From contig JASFLY010000001.1 of NCBI GenBank assembly GCA_050117845.1, forward strand, positions 192,001 to 256,000: a stretch of 64,000 nt of DNA. Reading direction: 5' to 3'. This DNA is from Candidatus Zixiibacteriota bacterium. GTDB lineage: Bacteria; RBG-13-66-14; B26-G2; WVWN01. Below the pieces are notes generated by a model, which saw nothing but the letters and a program-made list of their open reading frames with translations, had not been told where the DNA came from and made no database searches. Positions 9,616 to 18,600 of the stretch are shown here, in pieces. The position numbers and the translations under genes are program-made. The stretch's first letter is position 1, and the number at the start of each line of letters is the position of its first letter.

Positions 9616-10647
9616 TCAAATCGCCGCCCACTCCTCCTCGAAGCGGGCGCGCAACGCGGCCTTCTCCTCTTCCGGTAAAAACGACGCCGCGACGCCGTTC
9701 AGACTCAGCGTCTTCAATTCCTCCCGGGTGAACCCCAGCTCCCGGGCCAGGACGGCGTACTCGTTCGCCGGCGAGCTGTGGAACATCGTCGGGTCGTCCG
9801 AGTTGACGGTCACCATGACGCCCCGGTCGAACAGCTCCCGTACGGGGTGCTGGGCCGCGGCCTCGTACACGCCCGTCATCACGTTGCTGACGACGCAGAC
9901 CTCGAGCGGGACGCCCCGCCCCGCCAGCTCGTCCACCAGCGCCGCGTCCTCCACCGCCCGGACGCCGTGCCCTATGCGCTCGAGCTGGAGCTCGTCCAGC
10001 GCGGAGCGGACGGACTCCGGCCCCAGCGCCTCGCCGGCGTGCGCGGTGAGGCGGAAGCCCAACCGCCGGGCCTCCCGGTAGACGTCGACGTAGGTCGAGG
10101 CCGGGCAGTACTGCTCGTTGCCCCCCATGCCCACGCCGACGACGCCCCGGCCCAGGTACGGCGCGGCCTCCTCCACCCGCCGCGCGGCGGCCTCCTCGCC
10201 GGCGCTCCAGAAGAGGTCGACGATGAGGCCCCAGGTGACGCCGAAGTCGCGTTCGCCCCGCGCTAAACCCTCGATTACGGCCTCGGTGACGCCGGCCGTG
10301 GTGAAGCCCCGGTCGGCGAAGTCCCCCGGCGAGTAGTGCATCTCGACGTGCCGGACGTTATCGGCGGCCAGGTCACGCAGGACCTCGTAGGCCATCGTCC
10401 GGAAGTCGTCCTCCTCGGCGACGAAGCCGTTCTTCCACACCCAGGCGTTGAGGAAACCCTGGAAGTTCGGGTAGGTCAGCGCGGCCCGCAGGTCGTCGAC
10501 GTTGCGGATGCCGGGTTCCGTCCCGGCCCGCCGTATGAGGCCGAACAGCGTATCGAGCGGGATCGCGCCCTCCAGGTGGAGGTGCAACTCGGCCTTGGGG
10601 ATCTTCCGGGCGAACGCTATAAGCTTATCTCGGGAACCGTGTGCCAT
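9616..10647 (-). CDS. add: Adenosine/adenine deaminase
   Basis: PKAELHLHLEG, HAGE, RIGHG, NSDDP motifs. Confidence 0.9.
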   Translation of the reverse strand: MAHGSRDKLIAFARKIPKAELHLHLEGAIPLDTLFGLIRRAGTEPGIRNVDDLRAALTYPNFQGFLNAWVWKNGFVAEEDDFRTMAYEVLRDLAADNVRHVEMHYSPGDFADRGFTTAGVTEAVIEGLARGERDFGVTWGLIVDLFWSAGEEAAARRVEEAAPYLGRGVVGVGMGGNEQYCPASTYVDVYREARRLGFRLTAHAGEALGPESVRSALDELQLERIGHGVRAVEDAALVDELAGRGVPLEVCVVSNVMTGVYEAAAQHPVRELFDRGVMVTVNSDDPTMFHSSPANEYAVLARELGFTREELKTLSLNGVAASFLPEEEKAALRARFEEEWAAI

Positions 10648-10785
10648 AAGCAACCTCGTCGTGCGGTGATACTACCGTAATAAAAAACCGGCCGACGGGC
10701 AAGCGCTTTCCCGTATTGGCGCATACGAAAAACCGGCCGCGGGGGCCGGGGGTTATTATTCGGCGTCTACCATTCGCGCTATCGG

Positions 10786-11168
10786 ACAGGGGGCTTAAGC
10801 CCCCTGTTAAAACGCCGCCCAGTTAGGCGGATTAATCATTACCTTTCATATTCCCGGGGCCGACTTTCAGGTCGGCCAGCCGGCTCCGCCTACGGCGTAT
10901 GGCAACGTCTTCCGCCACGCGGGGATGTAGGGCCTGACCTTAGGTCCGGCCACATAATTCTCCGTATAAAAGTAGGGCCTGACCTTCAGGTCTGGCCGCA
11001 TAAATCTCTTATTAATAAGAGATTTTTCGTGGCCGCATCTAAAGATACGGCCCTACTTCAACTACTACCGCGGCCGCGCCTGAAGGTGAAATCCCGTGGC
11101 ATCGGCATTCTTATCGGTGACCCTAAGGTGGAGCCCCCTGTTAAAACGCCGGCCTCGGAGGCCGGCGC
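10786..11168. repeat. REP-like palindrome mosaic, copy 2
   Basis: About 230 bp direct repeat of 9352-9582, plus GCCCCCTGTTAAAACGCCG twice (near 10799 and 11133). Confidence 0.75.
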
Positions 11169-11181
11169 AGGACTGATTCCG

Positions 11182-12486
11182 CTACAACAGCTTCCGCTCC
11201 CGGGCGGCCTTCTCCAGCTCCTCGCGGAAGGCGGGGTGCGCTATCTTTATCATCTCCCGGGCGCGCTCCTGCAGCGAGCGGCCGTGCAGCGACGCCGCGC
11301 CGTACTCCGTCACGACGTAGTGCACGTCGGCCCGGTTGGTCACGACGCCGGCGCCGGGGCGGAGCTTGTCCACGATGCGCGAGATGGTGTCTTCCTTGGT
11401 GGTGGCGGGCAGCGCGATGACGGGCTTGCCGCCCTTGGAGTAGGCCGCGCCGCGGATGAAGTCCACCTGGCCGCCGAAGCCGGAGTAGATCCGCGTGCCG
11501 ATGGAGTCGGAGCAGACCTGCCCCGTGATGTCGACCTCGATGGCCGAGTTCATCGCCACCTGCTTCTCGTTCTGCGCGATGATGAACGGGTCGTTGACGT
11601 AGTAGGTGGGGTGGAACTCGAAGACGGGGTTGTTGTCGATGTACTCGTTGAGGCGGCGGCTGCCCAGCACGAAGCCGGCGATGACCTTGCCGCGGTGGAG
11701 CGTCTTCCGGGCGTTGGTCACGATGCCGCCGTCGATGAGGTCCATGACGCCGTCGGAGAACATCTCGGTGTGGACGCCCAGGTCCTTGTGGTTGCCCAGG
11801 GACGCCAGGACCGCGTCCGGGATTTCGCCGATGCCCATCTGTACCGTGGAGCCGTCCTCGATGAGTTCGGCGATGAAGCCGCCTATCTTCATCGACTTCT
11901 CGGAGACGTACCCCGCGCCGGGCATCTCCTTGAGCGGCTCGTCTATCTCGACGATGTGGGTCAGCTTGCGGACGTGGATGAACGAGTCGCCCAACGCCCG
12001 CGGCATCTGCGGATTTATCTGCGCGATGACGTATTGGGCCTTCTCCGCCGCGGGCTTGGTGACGTCGATGCCGACGCCGAAGGAGCAGAAGCCGTGCTCG
12101 TCCGGCGGCGAGACGTTGCACAGCACGACGTCCACGTCGTAGAATCCCTCCAGCATCAGGTTGCCTATCTCGTAGAGGTATATGGGGATGTACTCCGCGC
12201 GGCCGTCGTTCACGGCCTGGCGGGCGTTCCCCCCGGTGAAGTAGGCCATGTGCCGGAAGTGGGGCGCCATCTCGGGGGCCATGTAGGGCGCGGGGCCGAA
12301 GGTCAACAGGTGCCACACCCGCACGTCCTCCAGCTCTTCCGCCCGGGCGGTCATCGCCTCCACGAGGGAAATGGGTTCGGCGCACCCCGGATGGATGTGC
12401 ACGTTGTCGCCGGACTTTATAACCTTGACCGCCTCTTCGGCGGTGGTCAATTTCGATTTGTAGGACTCGAGCCAACTCATTCCCAT
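11182..12486 (-). CDS. Acetyl-CoA hydrolase/4-hydroxybutyrate CoA-transferase family protein
   Basis: QMGIGEIP, GVHTEM, SGFGGQVDF, VVTEYG motifs. Confidence 0.9.
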   Translation of the reverse strand: MGMSWLESYKSKLTTAEEAVKVIKSGDNVHIHPGCAEPISLVEAMTARAEELEDVRVWHLLTFGPAPYMAPEMAPHFRHMAYFTGGNARQAVNDGRAEYIPIYLYEIGNLMLEGFYDVDVVLCNVSPPDEHGFCSFGVGIDVTKPAAEKAQYVIAQINPQMPRALGDSFIHVRKLTHIVEIDEPLKEMPGAGYVSEKSMKIGGFIAELIEDGSTVQMGIGEIPDAVLASLGNHKDLGVHTEMFSDGVMDLIDGGIVTNARKTLHRGKVIAGFVLGSRRLNEYIDNNPVFEFHPTYYVNDPFIIAQNEKQVAMNSAIEVDITGQVCSDSIGTRIYSGFGGQVDFIRGAAYSKGGKPVIALPATTKEDTISRIVDKLRPGAGVVTNRADVHYVVTEYGAASLHGRSLQERAREMIKIAHPAFREELEKAARERKLL

Positions 12487-12517
12487 AACGTGTACTCCAA
12501 ACCAGGGGTCCGGCGTG

Positions 12518-13690
12518 CTACCGGCCCAGAACCTCGTCGATAGCTACGTAATCCAGATTGAACAATTCGCAAAGGCGGCGGTGCGTGCATACGCCCCCGT
12601 GGAAGTATACGCCCCGCCGCAGGCCCCGGCACTGCGCCCCGGCCTGGGCCACGCCCAGTTCCGCCACACCCGCCAGGAAAGGCATCAGGTTGCTGTTGAG
12701 CGCGTACGAGCAGGTCCGTGGGACCGCCGACGCGATATTGGGCACGGCGTAATGTGTCACGTGGTACTTCTCGTAGGCCGGGTCGATGTGGGTGGTGGGG
12801 TGGCTGGTCTCGACGCAGCCGCCCTGGTCGATGGCGATGTCCATGATGACCGTGCCCGGCTTCATCGACCGCACCATGTCCTCGGTGACTATCATCGGCG
12901 GCTTGTCGCCGTGGACGTACGCCGCGGTGATGAAGACGTCGGTGAAGGTGCACGCCCGCTCCAAGTTGAGGCGCTCCGCCATATGGGTCACGACCGCCGG
13001 GGCGACGCCTTCGGCCCGGCGTAGGTTGCGGACCGATATGTCGAAGAGGTGGGTCTGGACGCCCAGGCCGGTGAAGGCCTTGGCCGCCGTGGTCCCGACG
13101 TTCCCCGCGCCGACGATGGCCGCCGAGGCAGCCGGTATGCCGGGGAGGTTGGCCAGCGCCACGCCCCGGCCGCCCTGATAATGGGAGAGGTAATGGGCCG
13201 CGATGCCGGGGAGCATGTGGCCCACCAGCTCCGAGATGGCCTTCATGACCGGGAACTCGCCCACCTCGTCCTCCAGTATCTCGTAGCTGATGGCGATGAG
13301 CTTCTTGGCCATCATGGCCTCGATGGCCTCCGCCACCTGGGCGCCGAGCTGGAGCGCGCTGAAGACGATGGTCCCCTCGTCCATGAGGGCTATCTCGTCG
13401 GCGAGCGGAGGCTGGACCTTGGCCACTATCTCCGCCCGGCCGTAGACCTCCTGCGGCGAGAACACGACCGTGGCGCCGACGCGCTCGTAATCCTCGTCGG
13501 TGAAGCCGGCGTCCGCCCCGGCCTCCGTTTCCACGAAGACCCGGTGGCCGTCGCGCTTGAGCGAGTGCGCGCCCATCGGCGTTACGACGACGCGCGTTTC
13601 GGCGGTAACCTGCTCTTTGGGAATGCCGATATCCATAGCGTTAATCCTCCCGGAGCTGAGTTCCGGCGGCTTGGTATCCGATTCACTCAC
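12518..13690 (-). CDS. ald: Alanine dehydrogenase
   Basis: IGIPKE, ETRV, GAGNVG, DIAIDQGGCVETS, HYAVPNI; true start may be ATG 13636. Confidence 0.85.
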   Translation of the reverse strand: MSESDTKPPELSSGRINAMDIGIPKEQVTAETRVVVTPMGAHSLKRDGHRVFVETEAGADAGFTDEDYERVGATVVFSPQEVYGRAEIVAKVQPPLADEIALMDEGTIVFSALQLGAQVAEAIEAMMAKKLIAISYEILEDEVGEFPVMKAISELVGHMLPGIAAHYLSHYQGGRGVALANLPGIPAASAAIVGAGNVGTTAAKAFTGLGVQTHLFDISVRNLRRAEGVAPAVVTHMAERLNLERACTFTDVFITAAYVHGDKPPMIVTEDMVRSMKPGTVIMDIAIDQGGCVETSHPTTHIDPAYEKYHVTHYAVPNIASAVPRTCSYALNSNLMPFLAGVAELGVAQAGAQCRGLRRGVYFHGGVCTHRRLCELFNLDYVAIDEVLGR

Positions 13691-13801
13691 TTTATACTAT
13701 GTCGGCCGGATTCGGTCAACACTTATTATAATAACAAACCCGGCGAGCCAAGGAAATTTAATGTCGCCTTACAGAAACGCGGACTTTGTGTCGGATTTCA
13801 C

Positions 13802-13830
13802 TTGACACCCGAACGTGGATATCATACATT
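13802..13830 (+). promoter_or_regulatory. Sigma70-type promoter for the hdr-flx operon
   Basis: TTGACA (13802-13807), 17 bp spacer, TACATT (13825-13830). Confidence 0.65.
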
Positions 13831-13935
13831 TGACAAGCGTTTCGGCCCCAAAGACCGGGCGCTGGCCGACGCGACGGCCCAAGTTCGCGCGTGTCCTTTA
13901 CAACGGCTCCTTGCCCGAGCGTATCGCCGCTCGCT

Positions 13936-13969
13936 AGGCCCATACCCCTCCGGGGGCGTGGGCTTTTTT
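13936..13969 (+). terminator. Intrinsic terminator-like hairpin inside the hdrC 5' leader
   Basis: GCCCATACCCC-TCCG-GGGGCGTGGGC followed by TTTTTT, ending 26 nt before the hdrC ATG. Confidence 0.6.
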
Positions 13970-13995
13970 ATCCCTCCCGCCGAAAGTTGCGAACG

Positions 13996-14460
13996 ATGAC
14001 CATAGTTAAAATCGATCCCAACTTCAAGCACGAGATCGCCGCGGAGCCCGGCGGCGAGGCGCTCAGGTACTGCTTCGCCTGCGGGACCTGCACGGCGGCC
14101 TGCCCGGTCCGCGCCGTAGACGAACGCTACAACCCCCGCAAAATTATCCGGATGATACTCCTCGGCCTGCGCGAGCGTGTCCTCGAGGCCGACTTCATCT
14201 GGCTGTGTTCCACCTGCTACTCCTGCGAGGAGCGCTGTCCGCAGGGCGTCTCCTTCGCCGAAATAATCACCGCCGTCAAGAACGTCGCCGCCCGGGAGGG
14301 CAAGCTGCACCCCGCGTACGTGACCCAGCTCGACCTCCTGAAACGGTTCGGCCGCCTCTACGAACTCGAGGACTTCGACAACAAGAAGCGCTCCAAGATG
14401 GGCCTGGCCGAACTCAAGACCACCTGCGACGAAGTCGGCACGCTACTCGAAGAAGCGTAA
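13996..14460 (+). CDS. hdrC: Heterodisulfide reductase subunit C
   Basis: CFACGTCTAACP and CSTCYSCEERCP 4Fe-4S motifs; adjacent to hdrB. Confidence 0.9.
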   Translation: MTIVKIDPNFKHEIAAEPGGEALRYCFACGTCTAACPVRAVDERYNPRKIIRMILLGLRERVLEADFIWLCSTCYSCEERCPQGVSFAEIITAVKNVAAREGKLHPAYVTQLDLLKRFGRLYELEDFDNKKRSKMGLAELKTTCDEVGTLLEEA

Positions 14461-14471
14461 CCTAAAAACTT

Positions 14472-15359
14472 ATGGACGATAAGTACTCTCTTTTTCTGGG
14501 ATGTACTATCCCGTTGCGCGGCCGCCAGTACGAGAAGTCGGCCGTGGAGATAGGCCGGCTCTTCGGCGCCGAGCTCGAGCCGCTGCAGGACTTCGCCTGC
14601 TGCGGCTTCCCCATCAAGTCCGCCACTCGGGAGGGGGCGCTGCTCATGGCCGCCCGGAACCTGGCCGTGGCGGAGGAGGCCGGCCGGGAGGTCCTGGCGC
14701 TCTGCTCGAGCTGCGCGTCGGTCCTGGCCGAGGCGGCCGAGGAACTGACCGACGACGAGGAACTCCGAGGCCGCGTCAACGAGAAGCTGGCCAAGGTAGG
14801 CCGCAAGGTCGAGAAGCCTCCCCGCGTCCGCCACGTCGCCCGCTGGCTCTACGACGAGGTGGGCCCCGAGGCGTTGGCCGAGAAGGTGGTGTCGCCGCTC
14901 GGCGATTTCCGCTTCGCCGTCCACTACGGCTGCCACTACCTCAAACCCTCCTGGGCCTTCCACGGCGCCGAGGACCCCGAGGCCCCCCACTCCATCGGCG
15001 AGCTGCTGCGCGCTGCGGGCGCCGAGGTCGTCGATTACGCCGAGTACAAGAAGTGCTGCGGCGGCGCGCTCCTCGGCATCGACGCGGACGTGTCGCTCGC
15101 CATCGCCGGCGAGAAGCTGACGCGCGTCAAGGCCGCCGGGGCCGACGCCGTCGTCCTGGTCTGCCCCTTCTGCGCCGTCATGTACGACGACAACCAGAAG
15201 AAGGTGGCGGCCCAGCTCGAGGCCGAACTGGACGTCCCGGTCCTCTTTTTAACGCAGGTCCTGGGCCTGGCGCTCGGCTTCTCGGCCAAGGACGTGGGCC
15301 TCAAACTCGCGAAGAACAAATGTGAGAAATTGATAGCGGCGTTCGCGGAACCGAAATAG
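14472..15359 (+). CDS. hdrB: Heterodisulfide reductase subunit B
   Basis: Two CCG domains (GC..CCG..CSSC; HYGCH..CCG..CPFC). Confidence 0.9.
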   Translation: MDDKYSLFLGCTIPLRGRQYEKSAVEIGRLFGAELEPLQDFACCGFPIKSATREGALLMAARNLAVAEEAGREVLALCSSCASVLAEAAEELTDDEELRGRVNEKLAKVGRKVEKPPRVRHVARWLYDEVGPEALAEKVVSPLGDFRFAVHYGCHYLKPSWAFHGAEDPEAPHSIGELLRAAGAEVVDYAEYKKCCGGALLGIDADVSLAIAGEKLTRVKAAGADAVVLVCPFCAVMYDDNQKKVAAQLEAELDVPVLFLTQVLGLALGFSAKDVGLKLAKNKCEKLIAAFAEPK

Positions 15360-15377
15360 GCCGCCGGCCGTCGCCAC

Positions 15378-15688
15378 ATGATTTAGGAAAATAATTGGGG
15401 GGATTTAAGGTTCAGGAGGGACTACCCGGCGATAAGGTCGGCGTTTTTACCATGATTTCGGAAAATAATGGGGAAATCGAGCGTTTACGAGGAATTATCG
15501 GGCAATCGGGTCGAAATCGCCCTTATGATTTCGGAAAATAATCGGAAGGATTCAAGGGTTTGCGAGGAATTATCGGGCAATAGCGTCGGAATCGCCCACA
15601 TGATTTCGGAAAATAATCGGAAGAATTAAGTATTACAAGGGATTATCCGGCAATAACGTCGAAATTCCTTTAATGATTTCGGAAAATA
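15378..15688. repeat. AT-rich tandem repeat, about 74 bp period, 4 full units plus a partial
   Basis: ATGATTT(C/A)GGAAAATA at 15378, 15452, 15525, 15600, 15673. Confidence 0.85.
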
Positions 15689-15692
15689 CGTA

Positions 15693-18600
15693 ATGGCCGA
15701 TAAAGCTAAATGTAAAGACGTAGTGGGCGCCGCGATGGTGGTGGGCGGCGGCGTGGCCGGCGTGCAGGCCGCGCTCGACCTCGCCAACGCCGGCGTCAAG
15801 GTCTACCTCGTCGAGAAGGGCGCCGCCATCGGCGGCACCATGGCCCAGCTCGACAAGACCTTCCCCACCAACGACTGCTCCATGTGCATCCTGGCGCCCA
15901 AGCTGGTCGAGGCCGGCCGCCACGAGAACGTCGAGATCCTGACGCTCTCCGAACTGGAGGCGCTGGAGGGCGAGGCCGGCAACTTCACCGCCCGGGTCCG
16001 GCGCCACGCCCGCTACGTCGACCTCGACGCCTGCACCGGCTGCACCGACTGCGCCGGCGTCTGCCCGGTGGAATACCCGGACGAGTACGAGGTGGGGTTG
16101 GTGGAGCGCCGGGCCGTGTACCGCCCTTACGCCCAGGCCATCCCCAACTGCTTCGCCATCACCAAGCGCGGCAAGGCCCCCTGCCGGAGCGCCTGCCCCA
16201 TCGACCAGGCCGCGCAGGGATACGTCGCCCTCATCGCCGAGGGCAAGTTCCGCGAGGCGCTCGCGCTCATCCGCCGGCAGAACCCGCTGCCGGGCGTCTG
16301 CGGCCGCGTCTGCCACCACCCCTGCGAGGCGGACTGCTTCCGCGGCGAGTTGGACGCTCCCGTATCCATCCGCTCCCTCAAGCGCTTCGCCGCCGACTGG
16401 GAGGCCGCGAACGAACCGGATTACTCCTACGTAGACGAATATGACATAGAAAAGAAGGACGAGCGCGTGGCCGTCGTGGGCGCGGGGCCCGCGGGCCTCA
16501 CCTGCGCCTCCGACCTGGCGCTCGCCGGTTACGAGGTCCACGTCTTCGAGGCCCTGCCCACCGCCGGCGGCATGTTGCGCGTCGGCATCCCGAGCTACCG
16601 TCTGCCGGACGACGTGCTGGACCGGGACGTCGGCTTCCTGGTCAAGCTCGGCGTCCAGTTCCACTACAACGCCGAACTCGGCAAGACCTTCGCGCTGGAC
16701 GATTTGTTCGAGGACGGCTACAAGGCCGCGTTCGTCGGCGTCGGCGCCCACGAGAGCCTCAAGCTCCGCTGTACCGGCGAGGAACTGGAGGGCGTCGTCG
16801 GCGCGGTCGAGTTCCTGCGCGAGTTCAACCTGGAAGGTAAGGTGCCAGTCGGCAAGAAAGTCGCGGTCATCGGCGGCGGCAACGCCGCCATCGACGCCGC
16901 CCGCACGACGGCGCGCCTCGGCGCGGACGTCACCATATTCTACCGCCGCACCCGCAAGGAAATGCCGGCGGACGAACTCGAAATCACCGAGGCGCTGCGC
17001 GAGGGCGTGAAGCTCGAGCTACTCGCCGCGCCGGAAGAGATACTTGGCAAAGAAGGCCGCGTCGTCGGCATGAAGGTCCAGCGGATGGAGCTGGGCGAGC
17101 CGGACGAGAGCGGCCGGCGCCGCCCCGTCCCCATCGAGGGCGACACGTACGACGTCGAACTGGATATGGTCATCCCGGCCATCAGCCAGGCGCCGGTGGT
17201 CGAGCACCTCGACGCCGACGAGGCCATCTGCCTCACCAAGTGGCGGACCGTCGAGGTCGACGAGAAGACCGGCATGACCGGCCGCGCGGGCGTCTTCGCC
17301 GGCGGCGACGCCGTCACGGGGCCGGGGATGGTCACCGAGGCCATGCAGCAAGGCCGCCGGGCCGCCCGCGGCATCATCGACTACCTTAAAGGCGGCGAGT
17401 ACCCGGTGCCGGAGCCGACGGGCCTCCCGACCGTCGAATCCGACGAGGTTCCCAAGGATAAGGCCGACCCCGCACCCCGCGCCGAGATGGCCGAACTCCC
17501 GCCCGACAAGCGCGCGGGCAACTTCGACGAGGTCGAGTTGGGCCTGACGGAGGAGCAGGCCGTCGCGGAGGCGAAGCGTTGCCTCTCCTGTGGCCTGTGC
17601 TCCGAGTGTCTGGAGTGCGTCACGGCCTGCAAGCCCGACGCCATCCGCCACTTCGACGTGGAACGCGTGGAGGAAATTCCCGTCGGCGCGGTCGTCCTGG
17701 CGGCCGGCTTCGAGGAGTTCGACGCCACTCTCAAGAGCGAGTACGGTTACGGCCGCGTCCCGGACGTCGTAACGTCCATCGAGTTCGAGCGTCTGCTGTC
17801 GGCCTCGGGGCCCTTCGGCGGCCACTTAAAGCGGCCGAGCGACGGCGTGGACCCGGTCAAGGTGGCCTGGCTGCAGTGCGTCGGCTCCCGCGACACCAGC
17901 GTGGACCGCGGCTACTGCTCGTCGGTGTGCTGTATGTACGCCACCAAGCAGGCCGTCATCGCCCGCGAGCACGACCACAACGTCGAGCCGACCATCTTCT
18001 TCATGGACATGCGCTCCTTCGGCAAGGAGTTCGACCGCTACATCGACCGCGCCGAGAGCGAGTACGGCGTCCGCTTCGTCCGCTCCCGCGTGGACAGCGT
18101 CGAGCGCGAGGACGGCAAGCTTATATTGAAATATGAGGACGAGGCCGGCGCGTTCTTCCGCGAGGAGTTCGACCTGGTCGTCCTCTCGGTGGGCCTGGAC
18201 GTCGACCCGGACACCCGGGCGTTACTCTCGCGTCTCGACGTTGACGCCGACCGGTACGGCTTCGTGGCCGCGCCGCCCTTCCGCCCCACGGACACGTCGC
18301 GGCCGGGCGTATTCGCCGCCGGCGCCGTGGCCGGCCCCAAGGACATCCCGGAATCGGTAACGCAGGCCTCGGCCGCCGCGGCGCAGGCCTCCGCCACCGT
18401 CGCGCCGGCCCGCTGGACGGCGACCACTGAAGCCCAGTTCCCGGCCGAGCGCGACATCAAGGGCGAGCCGCCGCGCGTGGGCGTCTTCATCTGCCACTGC
18501 GGCATCAACATCGGCGGTACGGTCGACGTGCCGGCCGTGGTGGACTACGCCGAGACGCTGCCCTGGGTCGCCTACACCGAGCGCAACCTCTTCACCTGCT

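Noticed and set aside
9491..12543. Plus-strand ORFs starting MAASKDTALL (9491 and 11029) as paralogous genes
   Set aside because: The shared N-terminus is just the duplicated REP mosaic; the rest is antisense shadow of add and the CoA-transferase
13830..13970. tRNA-Sec or a known riboswitch class
   Set aside because: No cloverleaf, UCA anticodon arm or recognisable aptamer consensus by eye
15378..15688. CRISPR array
   Set aside because: Inter-repeat segments resemble each other, repeats are short and degenerate, and no cas genes are in the window
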